Shown in pieces: positions 1-7,487 of a stretch of 44,020 bases of DNA. The notes beneath the pieces were generated by a model. That model worked only from the letters and a program-made list of their open reading frames with translations. It searched no databases and was not told the DNA's origin. Where the stretch lies: the NCBI GenBank assembly GCA_036381535.1, contig DASVCQ010000047.1, forward strand, positions 1 through 44,020, read 5' to 3'. Source of the DNA: Patescibacteria group bacterium. Lineage in GTDB: Bacteria; Patescibacteriota; Microgenomatia; Levybacterales; UBA12049. The translations under genes were made by a program, and so were the position numbers. Numbering within the stretch: the stretch's first letter is position 1; each line of letters begins with the position of its first letter.

Positions 1-177
1 ACCCAGCCAAATAGTCTTATACGTCTTAAAGGAAAAGGGATACCTCATCTTAGAGGAAATGGACGGGGAGACCATTATATGAGAATAAAAATTGTTGTAC
101 CTAAGAATTTAACTTCCCATCAAAAAGATCTCCTTAAAGAATTTGAGGAAGAAAAAGGCAAAAAAGGGTGGTTTTAA
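1..177 (+). CDS. dnaJ: Chaperone DnaJ, C-terminal fragment (5' end lies outside the window)
   Basis: Frame 1 reads ...LRLKGKGIPHLRGNGRGDHYMRIKIVVPKNLTSHQKDLLKEFEEEKGKKGWF*, the conserved DnaJ C-terminal tail. TAA at 175-177. Confidence 0.8.
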   Translation, partial: TQPNSLIRLKGKGIPHLRGNGRGDHYMRIKIVVPKNLTSHQKDLLKEFEEEKGKKGWF

Positions 178-180
178 GAT
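160..180 (+). repeat. 21-nt direct repeat, copy 1 (AAAAAAGGGTGGTTTTAAGAT), spanning the dnaJ stop
   Basis: 20/21 identical to 900-920. Confidence 0.9.
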
Positions 181-181
181 T

Positions 182-901
182 ATGGAAACATCACTGCCTA
201 CAAGAGGAATTGAAATTGCTCGAGTAAATGTAGAGGGTGGAGGAATGACATTTTCTGCCAAAGACTGGGAAGGGATCATAAAACATAATTATAAAGAGTT
301 TAAAGGTAATTCAGAACGTGCGGGTATTCTTATGGCGGAATTTTGCCAAGGCGTAAAAGAGACATTTGCTCTACACGCAAGAGGGAGATATAAAGATTTG
401 TCTATACCACAAGTTGCATTTCTTCCATCTGCAACTGGTAATGATCCTGACTTTGCTCTTCAACATCTAGTTAATGGAGATGTATTTGGAGTAAATTTAT
501 CTTCTCTAGAAACGGATTCTCTACGACCAAGAGAGAAGCTTATCTCTGCAAGATCAGGAGATGATATAAATTTCCATGGATTTATTGAAGATATATGGAG
601 AGCTGGAGGATGGGAAGAGGGGCATCATGCATTGTTTAGAGGGGGTGGCTCAATTTCTGAATCAGCAGATCAAGAATTACCATCAGTAGCCTATGATGCA
701 GTACCTATAGAGCTTAAGGCATTACGTTGGCAGGTACATATGGCAAGAAAATTACATGCCCAGGATTCAACAAGATTTCCTTGGTATACACAAAGAGTGA
801 TGGAAGCACGGTATCATAGAGCATCGCAATATAAAAAGACCAAACAACAATTGCCACCACTGACACTTGATTCTTTAGGAATTTCTTTTGATTCCAAGTA
901 A
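182..901 (+). CDS. Hypothetical protein (239 aa), no family recognised
   Basis: ATG at 182 (METSLPTRG...). The track start at 143 overlaps the dnaJ tail and is rejected. The ORF sits exactly between the 21-nt direct repeats at 160-180 and 900-920. Confidence 0.5.
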   Translation: METSLPTRGIEIARVNVEGGGMTFSAKDWEGIIKHNYKEFKGNSERAGILMAEFCQGVKETFALHARGRYKDLSIPQVAFLPSATGNDPDFALQHLVNGDVFGVNLSSLETDSLRPREKLISARSGDDINFHGFIEDIWRAGGWEEGHHALFRGGGSISESADQELPSVAYDAVPIELKALRWQVHMARKLHAQDSTRFPWYTQRVMEARYHRASQYKKTKQQLPPLTLDSLGISFDSK

Positions 902-920
902 AAAAGGCTGGTTTTAAGAT
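900..920 (+). repeat. 21-nt direct repeat, copy 2 (AAAAAAGGCTGGTTTTAAGAT), immediately after the orphan ORF 182..901
   Basis: 20/21 identical to 160-180. Confidence 0.9.
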
Positions 921-928
921 ATAGTTTC

Positions 929-957
929 TTGTAAATTGCTTACGTGTTTTGTATAAT
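929..957 (+). promoter_or_regulatory. Sigma-70-type promoter TTGTAA-17-TATAAT, 7 nt before the ATG at 965 (leaderless geometry)
   Basis: -35 at 929-934, 17-nt spacer, -10 at 952-957. Confidence 0.55.
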
Positions 958-964
958 GCCTCAC

Positions 965-1468
965 ATGTCTGAAAGATTTGTTGCCACACTTGTTTCTAAC
1001 CGAACAAATTCTTATATGTATAGTGAGTCAGAGATAGGAGTTATCACGGGTATATTAAAGAAAAAAAGGTTTGACCCCGAACAATGTCTTCTGAGAGGTT
1101 ATACGGGTATTGACTCTGTAAAACGGGCAATAACCAAAGGAGACGACTCTCAGCATCCTACGAATAGAACTTTTCTTATGGAAATGAGAAAACAAGGAAA
1201 CGAATATGAATTTGTGGAGAACGATTTGGTAACCAGTCCACTTAATTATACAGGGCTTACTGATAATCAAGTAAGCGGCCTGTCTGTCTATGATAAAACA
1301 AAAATGGAAGCAGGTGAGTATGATTTAAGTTGGCATTTTAAAGAAGGAGTTAGTGCAAAAGATGCGTTATTGGGTGTAATCGTTATTCTTGATTCACAAA
1401 AATTAAGAAGAGACAGAAGGCAATTCAATCAATTCATAGCTAAAGCAAGACGAATCATTAATAAATAG
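965..1468 (+). CDS. Hypothetical protein (167 aa), no family recognised
   Basis: The ATG at 965 (MSERFVATL...) lies 7 nt after a TTGTAA-17-TATAAT promoter. The earlier track start at 944 would lie inside that promoter. Confidence 0.45.
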   Translation: MSERFVATLVSNRTNSYMYSESEIGVITGILKKKRFDPEQCLLRGYTGIDSVKRAITKGDDSQHPTNRTFLMEMRKQGNEYEFVENDLVTSPLNYTGLTDNQVSGLSVYDKTKMEAGEYDLSWHFKEGVSAKDALLGVIVILDSQKLRRDRRQFNQFIAKARRIINK

Positions 1469-1474
1469 CTTCTT

Positions 1475-1483
1475 TGTTATAAT
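1475..1483 (+). promoter_or_regulatory. Extended -10 promoter TGtTATAAT, 6 nt before the ATG at 1490
   Basis: TG at 1475-1476, TATAAT at 1478-1483. No Shine-Dalgarno sequence. Confidence 0.5.
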
Positions 1484-1489
1484 AAAAAT

Positions 1490-2101
1490 ATGTTGCTTCA
1501 GAGAAATATTGTTATCCTCTTTGATGATGCACTTACGCAGGAGTTTATTAACTTGAGCGAAAAAATAAATAAAAAAGTCCCTTCAGATATTGTTTTAAAT
1601 AAAGCAGATATGCATCCTCATGCAACTCTCTATACTACCAATTTTCCTGAGGAAAATGAGAAAAAAGTTATAGATAAATTGCAGGAAATTACGGCTCATC
1701 TTAATCCTTTTTCTATGACTTTTTCAAAACCGGTTGTAGATATGCTTGGAGTCTGGATAAATGCGGATATAATACCTGAGCTGCAGCAAGTTCATGAAAT
1801 CATAGTAGATGGACTGAATCCATTTCGAGAAGGGCTATATGACGAAGGTGAGCTTAAAGCAATTGGAGACAATAAAAAAAGACAAGAAAGCTTGGTTAAG
1901 TATGGTATGTGGGCAGCAAAAGAGCTTTATATTCCTCATGTGACCCTTTCTAGGCCAAAAGATAGTAGCCGCTTGGAAGAAGCCATGGCACTACTGCCTC
2001 AAAAGACTAATTACCAAGCCAATATTACTGAAATTGCCTATGTTGAGCGTGGAAGATTTGGTACCTGTAAAAAAATCTTAGAAAAATTTCCTCTAAGCTA
2101 G
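1490..2101 (+). CDS. 2H phosphoesterase superfamily protein (LigT / 2'-5' RNA ligase-like cyclic phosphodiesterase)
   Basis: Two H-x-T-x motifs (MHPHATLY and IPHVTLSR) about 110 aa apart in a 203-aa protein. Confidence 0.7.
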   Translation: MLLQRNIVILFDDALTQEFINLSEKINKKVPSDIVLNKADMHPHATLYTTNFPEENEKKVIDKLQEITAHLNPFSMTFSKPVVDMLGVWINADIIPELQQVHEIIVDGLNPFREGLYDEGELKAIGDNKKRQESLVKYGMWAAKELYIPHVTLSRPKDSSRLEEAMALLPQKTNYQANITEIAYVERGRFGTCKKILEKFPLS

Positions 2102-3204
2102 TAGTTACTTGTAGGCGTTAGATGAGGCAGAGAAGTCTTATCTGCTCTTCCCATGCTCCAAAGCCAAAAGTCCATGTGGCACATATTAATTGAGGGGAGT
2201 TTGTTTTGTAATCTCTTTGTATTGATTTCATCCATCATTTTTTGTATAGCTACAACAGTTGAAGCTCTTATTTCTCCTTCCATAGAACTTCCCTTAGGAA
2301 TTATTTGCCAATTATCAACAAGATTTGAGAGCTCTGGGTTATATTTTAGAATACCTAAAGATTTCAAAGCTCTTGGAAGTTGGTAGTCAGCAATTGCTCC
2401 CAGTTTTGCTATATCACTTATACCATTTTGTCCATCATTTACCTCCCTGCCATGAATTAAGGCAGCAACAAGTTGTGCCCTTTTATAAAATGGCATGCTG
2501 TATCCGTAAAGTGATTGCTTGTCTTCTCCAAAGGCAATTGGAAATTTGCTAATTAACTCTTCAACTAGTCCTTTTTTACCAAAAGCATTTAGTCTGGTAT
2601 TACCACGTCTGGAATGAGTTTTTAGATCATCAAGAATTTTTGCAGTACTACCCTCATAATATTTGTCCAGTCCCCTTGTATAATCATCCAAAACTTTTTG
2701 TCTTTCATCAAGAAGTGGAATCTCTCCAAAAAGCTTTTTTATGCCATTTTTTGAATCAAAAGGTCTAAGCATATCAGATGTTATATCCGGATTTTCTCCA
2801 AATGCTTCATAAATTTTTCTCTGCATAGACATAGATCCGGAAAGAGGGAATTTAGGGGACGGGATATCATCTTTTGATATTGCAGACGCGTTGTACTTAT
2901 CACCAGTTTTGCCTGGCTTGTTATACGCAAAATTAAAGACACTTGAGACAATAGCTTGAGCCTTAAAAGCCGTATTATCTCTTGGGTAAATACCTTCTTC
3001 ATTCCATCTTGGGATTTGAAAGTTGTCTGCAAAATGGTCTGTTGCTATTTCGCTTAACTTTTCATAATCGAGGGTAACATATTTATTGAGTCCTCTTGAT
3101 TCTATTCTCTTCCAATTTTCTAGAACCTGTTTTGTGTACCTATTTGTTGAAGATCTTTCCTGCTGACTTTTAATTAAATTTTCTCTAGCCAATCTCTCTT
3201 CCAT
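2098..3204 (-). CDS. Queuosine salvage family protein (DUF2419 / QNG1-like queuosine 5'-phosphate N-glycosylase)
   Basis: Blocks FYKRAQLVAAL, IADYQLPRALKSLGILKY, EGEIRAS and DFWLW match the QNG1/C9orf64 family as I recall it. Start moved to MEERLARE (3204); the track start at 3261 adds 19 implausible codons across an A/T homopolymer spacer. Confidence 0.8.
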   Translation of the reverse strand: MEERLARENLIKSQQERSSTNRYTKQVLENWKRIESRGLNKYVTLDYEKLSEIATDHFADNFQIPRWNEEGIYPRDNTAFKAQAIVSSVFNFAYNKPGKTGDKYNASAISKDDIPSPKFPLSGSMSMQRKIYEAFGENPDITSDMLRPFDSKNGIKKLFGEIPLLDERQKVLDDYTRGLDKYYEGSTAKILDDLKTHSRRGNTRLNAFGKKGLVEELISKFPIAFGEDKQSLYGYSMPFYKRAQLVAALIHGREVNDGQNGISDIAKLGAIADYQLPRALKSLGILKYNPELSNLVDNWQIIPKGSSMEGEIRASTVVAIQKMMDEINTKRLQNKLPSINMCHMDFWLWSMGRADKTSLPHLTPTSNY

Positions 3205-3286
3205 TTTCTTTTTGATACTACAGTAATTTTTTTTTAAAAACAATACAGCTGTTGATCTCACCCTTCTAATCTGTTTTACTTAATAT

Positions 3287-3604
3287 ATGCAGTATCCATT
3301 ACTCTTTTTGCAGTTTTGGTACCTAAGAGCACCTCTTGGGATCTTTGCCTTTTTTTCCTCGCTTAACAAATCTTTTTTGCAATTATTTTCTGTTGGACTA
3401 CTTCTTCGGACCTTTTTCAAACCCTGGAAGAATGAATATAGAGACGGCCTTGTAGGTTTCTCTATAGGCATGGGTATGTTTGTTAAATTCTGGGTTATTT
3501 TGGCAAGTCTTTTTTTGCTTTGTTGTCTTTTAATTATTGAATTAGGAATATTTTTAGGATTTTTAATTTGGCCTGTATTTACAGTCTATTTGTTATTTAT
3601 TTAA
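3287..3604 (+). CDS. Small integral membrane protein (105 aa), hypothetical
   Basis: Three or four hydrophobic helices. Its stop (TAA 3602-3604) is 1 nt before the ATG of the next gene, implying translational coupling. Confidence 0.5.
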   Translation: MQYPLLFLQFWYLRAPLGIFAFFSSLNKSFLQLFSVGLLLRTFFKPWKNEYRDGLVGFSIGMGMFVKFWVILASLFLLCCLLIIELGIFLGFLIWPVFTVYLLFI

Positions 3605-3605
3605 T

Positions 3606-5975
3606 ATGGAATATTTTGCAACCTTAAATAGTTTTTATAAAAATTCTTTTATTAGACTTCTAAGACTTTTTATCTTTTTAATACTTAGCATTGTTGTCAT
3701 TGTAAATCTTCAAAATCTTACTCAGGCTAAATTAGTACTTTTTGGTCTTTCGCTCTTTTTCATGAATGAAATTTTTGTTGATTTTTTTATATCAAGAAAG
3801 ATGCCCAACAAAAAAGTTAGCGATCCAAATGTTAAGTCCTCTGACTGTCTGACACTTTCTTCAACAGAGGTAATGCAGCAAGGCTCAACAAATGGTATTG
3901 TCCAAAGTCTTTTGAGTCTTCCCCAGATACAATTTTTGACACAAAAAGCAACGATTTCTACCAATGAAATAAAGGCAATTAATCTAGACAAAAAAGAAAT
4001 TTTGGAAAATGCCCTTAAGGTTTCAGGTGATCTAAAAGGTAAATATATAACGACAATAGATATTTTTGTTGCTTATTTATTGTTATCTGAAGAAAAGACT
4101 AAATTATTATTTGGGAAAAAATTGAAAATTGAGGACTTGTTGCAAATTGCTTACTGGACTAGGCTACACTTCCCAAATGAAGAAAATGAGATAAAAACAA
4201 GAGCTAATTTTTGGGGTGAAGGATTTGGGGAGGCTTTTGTCTCCGGTTGGACATTGGAGACTGGAAAATATACTGAGGATTTTACGAGTCTCGTCATAAA
4301 TAATAGACCGTTTGTGCCGGGGAGGGAAAATGAATATAGGGAATTCTTGGAGGTTTTGTCAAAAAAAGAGGGAAATAACGTAATCTTGACTGGAGAAGTT
4401 GGTGCCGGAAAAGAAACTTTTGTTGAGGCTTTAGCTATAGATAGTTTTGCGGGAAAATTGCAAGAAGAACTTAACTATAAAAAAGTACTTGAGCTTTTGA
4501 TTGGGGCACTTTTAGCAGGAGTTACAACAAGAGGAGAATTAGAAGAAAGGCTTGAGGCAATTTTGCAGGAAGTATCTCACTCAGGAAATATAATTTTATA
4601 TATTCCAGACTTCCAAAGCGTTTTGGGATCTTCATCTTTTGGTCTGGATATTTCAGATATCTTAATTCCATATCTTAGAAATGGGAAAATGCCGATTATT
4701 GGCACAATGACTGCCGGAAATTACAAATTATTTATGGAAAATAACACTTTAAAAGAGCTTTTTACCGTAATTTCGCTTCCTGAACCAGATCGGACTCTTA
4801 CTATGCAGATGCTTTTTGAAAAGGTTTTTAGCATAGAGCAGAAATACAAAGTAGCGCTTTCATATCAAGCTATAATATCGGCCGTTGATTTGGCTGGTAA
4901 ATATGTACCGGATACAGTCTTACCTGGGAATGCGGTAATACTACTTGAGGATGTAGCAAATTCAGCTGTCAGTAGAAATAAAGATATTGTACTTTCAGAA
5001 GATGTAATAGATAAAGTAGAAGGACGTACTCATATTCACGTAGGGTCTCCAAAAAAAGAAGAAAAAGATCTACTTCTTCATCTTGAGGAAAATCTTCATA
5101 AAAGAATTGTTGGTCAAGATGGTGCTATACAAGCTGTAGCACAGGCCTTAAGACGTCTTAGAAGCGGTATAGCAAATACCAATAAGCCCATTTCATTCTT
5201 ATTTTTAGGCCCGACTGGAGTTGGCAAAACAGAAACAGCCAAAGCCTTGTCAGATATTTACTTTGGAAGTGAGGGGAATATGCTTCGCTTTGATATGAGT
5301 GAATATAGTGATGCAACAGGAGTTATGAAGCTTTTAGGTACCCCATCAACAGAAAAGAGAGGGGAGTTAACAGAGGCCGTGCACGACCATCCCTTTTCAC
5401 TTATCCTTCTTGATGAATTTGAAAAGGCAAGTCCTGAGGTCTTAAATCTATTTTTGCAAGTTTTGGAAGATGGACGTCTTACAGACAATCTTGGTAAAAC
5501 TGTTTCTTTTGCAAATACTATTATTATTGCAACATCAAATGCAGCCTCAGAGCTCATTCGGGAGGCAGTATCTAATGGTCTTAAAGTAGATTCCAGTTTT
5601 CAGAGCAAACTCCTAGAATACCTTCAGCAAAAAGCAGTCTTTAAGCCCGAGCTTTTAAATAGATTTGACGCAATAGTTGCCTTTAAAAGCTTAAATGAAG
5701 AAGAAGTCAAAAAAGTTGTTGGGATTATGTTGTTCGAAACTGAAGAAAAACTAAAAAAGCAAGATATAACGCTTAATTTTGACGAAAGATTGGTGTCTGA
5801 AATCGCTCAGAAAGGATATGATCCGTCATTTGGTGCAAGGCCTTTGAGGCGTTTTATACAAGATAATATAGAAGATATGCTAGCTAAGCAAATACTGGAC
5901 GGTACACTGCAAAGAGGTGCAAAAGTTAATATTGGAATTGATGAGTCAGGAAAAATAACAACACAAAAGATCTGA
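3606..5975 (+). CDS. Membrane-anchored Clp/Hsp100-family AAA+ protein with degenerate NBD1 and intact NBD2
   Basis: Two N-terminal TM helices. NBD1 reads GEVGAGKETFVEALA / ILYIPDFQSV / LKELFTV, so Walker A Thr, Walker B DE and the Arg finger are lost. NBD2 reads GPTGVGKTETAKAL / LILLDEFEKA / ATSN / LLNRFD / GARPLRRFIQ and is intact. Confidence 0.8.
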   Translation: MEYFATLNSFYKNSFIRLLRLFIFLILSIVVIVNLQNLTQAKLVLFGLSLFFMNEIFVDFFISRKMPNKKVSDPNVKSSDCLTLSSTEVMQQGSTNGIVQSLLSLPQIQFLTQKATISTNEIKAINLDKKEILENALKVSGDLKGKYITTIDIFVAYLLLSEEKTKLLFGKKLKIEDLLQIAYWTRLHFPNEENEIKTRANFWGEGFGEAFVSGWTLETGKYTEDFTSLVINNRPFVPGRENEYREFLEVLSKKEGNNVILTGEVGAGKETFVEALAIDSFAGKLQEELNYKKVLELLIGALLAGVTTRGELEERLEAILQEVSHSGNIILYIPDFQSVLGSSSFGLDISDILIPYLRNGKMPIIGTMTAGNYKLFMENNTLKELFTVISLPEPDRTLTMQMLFEKVFSIEQKYKVALSYQAIISAVDLAGKYVPDTVLPGNAVILLEDVANSAVSRNKDIVLSEDVIDKVEGRTHIHVGSPKKEEKDLLLHLEENLHKRIVGQDGAIQAVAQALRRLRSGIANTNKPISFLFLGPTGVGKTETAKALSDIYFGSEGNMLRFDMSEYSDATGVMKLLGTPSTEKRGELTEAVHDHPFSLILLDEFEKASPEVLNLFLQVLEDGRLTDNLGKTVSFANTIIIATSNAASELIREAVSNGLKVDSSFQSKLLEYLQQKAVFKPELLNRFDAIVAFKSLNEEEVKKVVGIMLFETEEKLKKQDITLNFDERLVSEIAQKGYDPSFGARPLRRFIQDNIEDMLAKQILDGTLQRGAKVNIGIDESGKITTQKI

Positions 5976-6080
5976 TAGTTATCAAGTTTTGATTAATTAG
6001 AACAAACTCAACAAACGTTTTGCCATGAGGATAAAAGCTCGTGAAGCTTATTAACAGTTTTATATAATTTTATTACTGCC

Positions 6081-6109
6081 TTGAAGATATTTTTCAATTC
6101 TGATATACT
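6081..6109 (+). promoter_or_regulatory. Promoter of the nusA-infB operon: TTGAAG-17-(TGa)TATACT
   Basis: -35 at 6081-6086, -10 at 6104-6109 with TG at 6101-6102. Gives a leader of about 80 nt. Confidence 0.55.
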
Positions 6110-6192
6110 CTTCTCAACGATTCAGGAAATATGATTTGTGTTTTACAAATAGTTAGTCTTCATAAATCTTAACTCCTGATTCTTAAATCTCT

Positions 6193-7407
6193 ATGCCAGC
6201 AGTACAAAGAAGCGAATTTTATTTAGCACTCAACCAAGTCGCCACAGAGCGAGGAGTCAGCATTGATATAATCCTTGAGACGGTTGAAGGAGCAATTTTA
6301 GCAGCCTACAGAAAAGACCACCCTGGAATTGAAGCAGAAGAATTCTCAGTAAAACTCAATCCAAATACTGGTGAGGCACATGTTTATCACCAAGGTCAGG
6401 ATGTAACCCCTCCAGGATTTGGGAGAATTGCAGCCCAGACAGCAAAACAGGTTATACTTCAAAAAGTTAGGGAAAAAGAAAAAGAAGCGATTTTGTCTGA
6501 CTTCTCAACAAAAGTAGGCACAGTTATGAATGGTACAGTACTCAGATTTGCCGGACCAAATGTAATTGTTGATTTGGGCAAAGCAGAGGCAGTAATGCCA
6601 CCACAAGAGCAGATAGGTAATGAGAGATATCATCAAAATCAAAGACTTTCTTTCTATATTGTTGAAATAAGAGAAGGTACGCGCGGTCAGGAATTAATTG
6701 TTTCAAGATCTAATTCAGGGCTTTTGGAAGGGCTTTTCAAGCGTGAAGTCCCGGAAATTGCTCAAGGTACAGTTGTTATTAAAGAAATTGCACGAGAAGC
6801 AGGCAGCAGGTCCAAAATTGCAGTTGCTGCAACACAAGGAGGAATCGATCCTGTTGGAAGTTGTGTAGGACAAAAAGGTGTTAGAGTCCAGGCTATTATT
6901 CAAGAATTTTCAGGAATGGAAAAAATTGACATTATTCAATGGCAAGAGGATACAAAAGCATTTATTGCAGCAGCACTTTCTCCTGCAAAAGATGTAACCA
7001 TAAAGCTTGATGAGGACACTAGGACTGCATTTGTTGGAGCGCCAAAAGATCAATTATCAATTGCAATTGGAAAAGAAGGACAGAATGCAAGACTTGCTTC
7101 CAAATTAACAGGCTGGAGAATTGAAATTAAGGAAGATGAATCTCTTGCCTCATCTGAGCCTGAGGAAGCTCCAAAAGTTGAAGAAAAGAAAAAGGAAGTA
7201 GAAGTTGAGACGAAAGAAGCACCTAAAGAGGAAGTTTTAGAAGAAAAAAATGCTGATGAGACAAAAGAAGAAGAATCTGTAGCTGAAGCAACCCCTGAAG
7301 TAGAAGAAAAAACAGAAGAAGTTTTAGAGACAGCAGAAGAAAGTAAAGAGGAAGCTCCTTTGGAGCAGGATTCAAAAGAAGAAAAGGTTGAAGAGGCAAA
7401 AGAATAA
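6193..7407 (+). CDS. nusA: Transcription termination/antitermination factor NusA with an acidic E/K-rich C-terminal tail
   Basis: NusA N-domain (LALNQVATERGVSIDIILETVEGAILAAYRK), S1 domain, two KH domains (IDPVGSCVGQKGVRVQAIIQE; LSIAIGKEGQNARLASKLTGWRIEI). Confidence 0.92.
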   Translation: MPAVQRSEFYLALNQVATERGVSIDIILETVEGAILAAYRKDHPGIEAEEFSVKLNPNTGEAHVYHQGQDVTPPGFGRIAAQTAKQVILQKVREKEKEAILSDFSTKVGTVMNGTVLRFAGPNVIVDLGKAEAVMPPQEQIGNERYHQNQRLSFYIVEIREGTRGQELIVSRSNSGLLEGLFKREVPEIAQGTVVIKEIAREAGSRSKIAVAATQGGIDPVGSCVGQKGVRVQAIIQEFSGMEKIDIIQWQEDTKAFIAAALSPAKDVTIKLDEDTRTAFVGAPKDQLSIAIGKEGQNARLASKLTGWRIEIKEDESLASSEPEEAPKVEEKKKEVEVETKEAPKEEVLEEKNADETKEEESVAEATPEVEEKTEEVLETAEESKEEAPLEQDSKEEKVEEAKE

Positions 7408-7487
7408 TTATGAATACGCTTAAGAGTTTTTCTGCAAAAATCTTCTAATCAATTCTTCTTTAGTAGTAAAGTAAGTTTAAATTATAT

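Noticed and set aside
143-181. N-terminal extensions in the ORF track (starts at 143, 944, 3261, 15484, 17699, 18774, 27180, 29093, 37710, 39140, 40328, 40954).
   Set aside because: The extensions overlap an upstream gene, run through promoters or repeats, use GTG/TTG, or add implausible sequence ahead of a conserved N-terminus. Internal ATGs with promoter support were preferred instead.
1134-1145. A 12-nt match (CCAAAGGAGACG) between ORF 965..1468 and the reverse complement of the 9-mer array at 39565-39576.
   Set aside because: The match is isolated, lies inside a coding frame and has no 9-nt periodicity around it. It is probably chance.
3205-3286. Possible preQ1 riboswitch upstream of the queuosine-salvage gene (hairpin CAACAGCUGUAUUG followed by an A-rich tract).
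   Set aside because: The region lacks the conserved C-rich loop and the AAAAAACUA-type tail arrangement of preQ1-I as I recall it. The A-run is a plain homopolymer, so it is more simply read as a TTGTTT-17-TAGTAT promoter region.
7410-7448. A 12-codon mini-ORF (MNTLKSFSAKIF) after nusA whose first 8 nt (ATGAATAC) equal the infB start.
   Set aside because: Only a 9-nt identity (TATGAATAC) supports it, which is easily chance in AT-rich sequence, and there is no further similarity.
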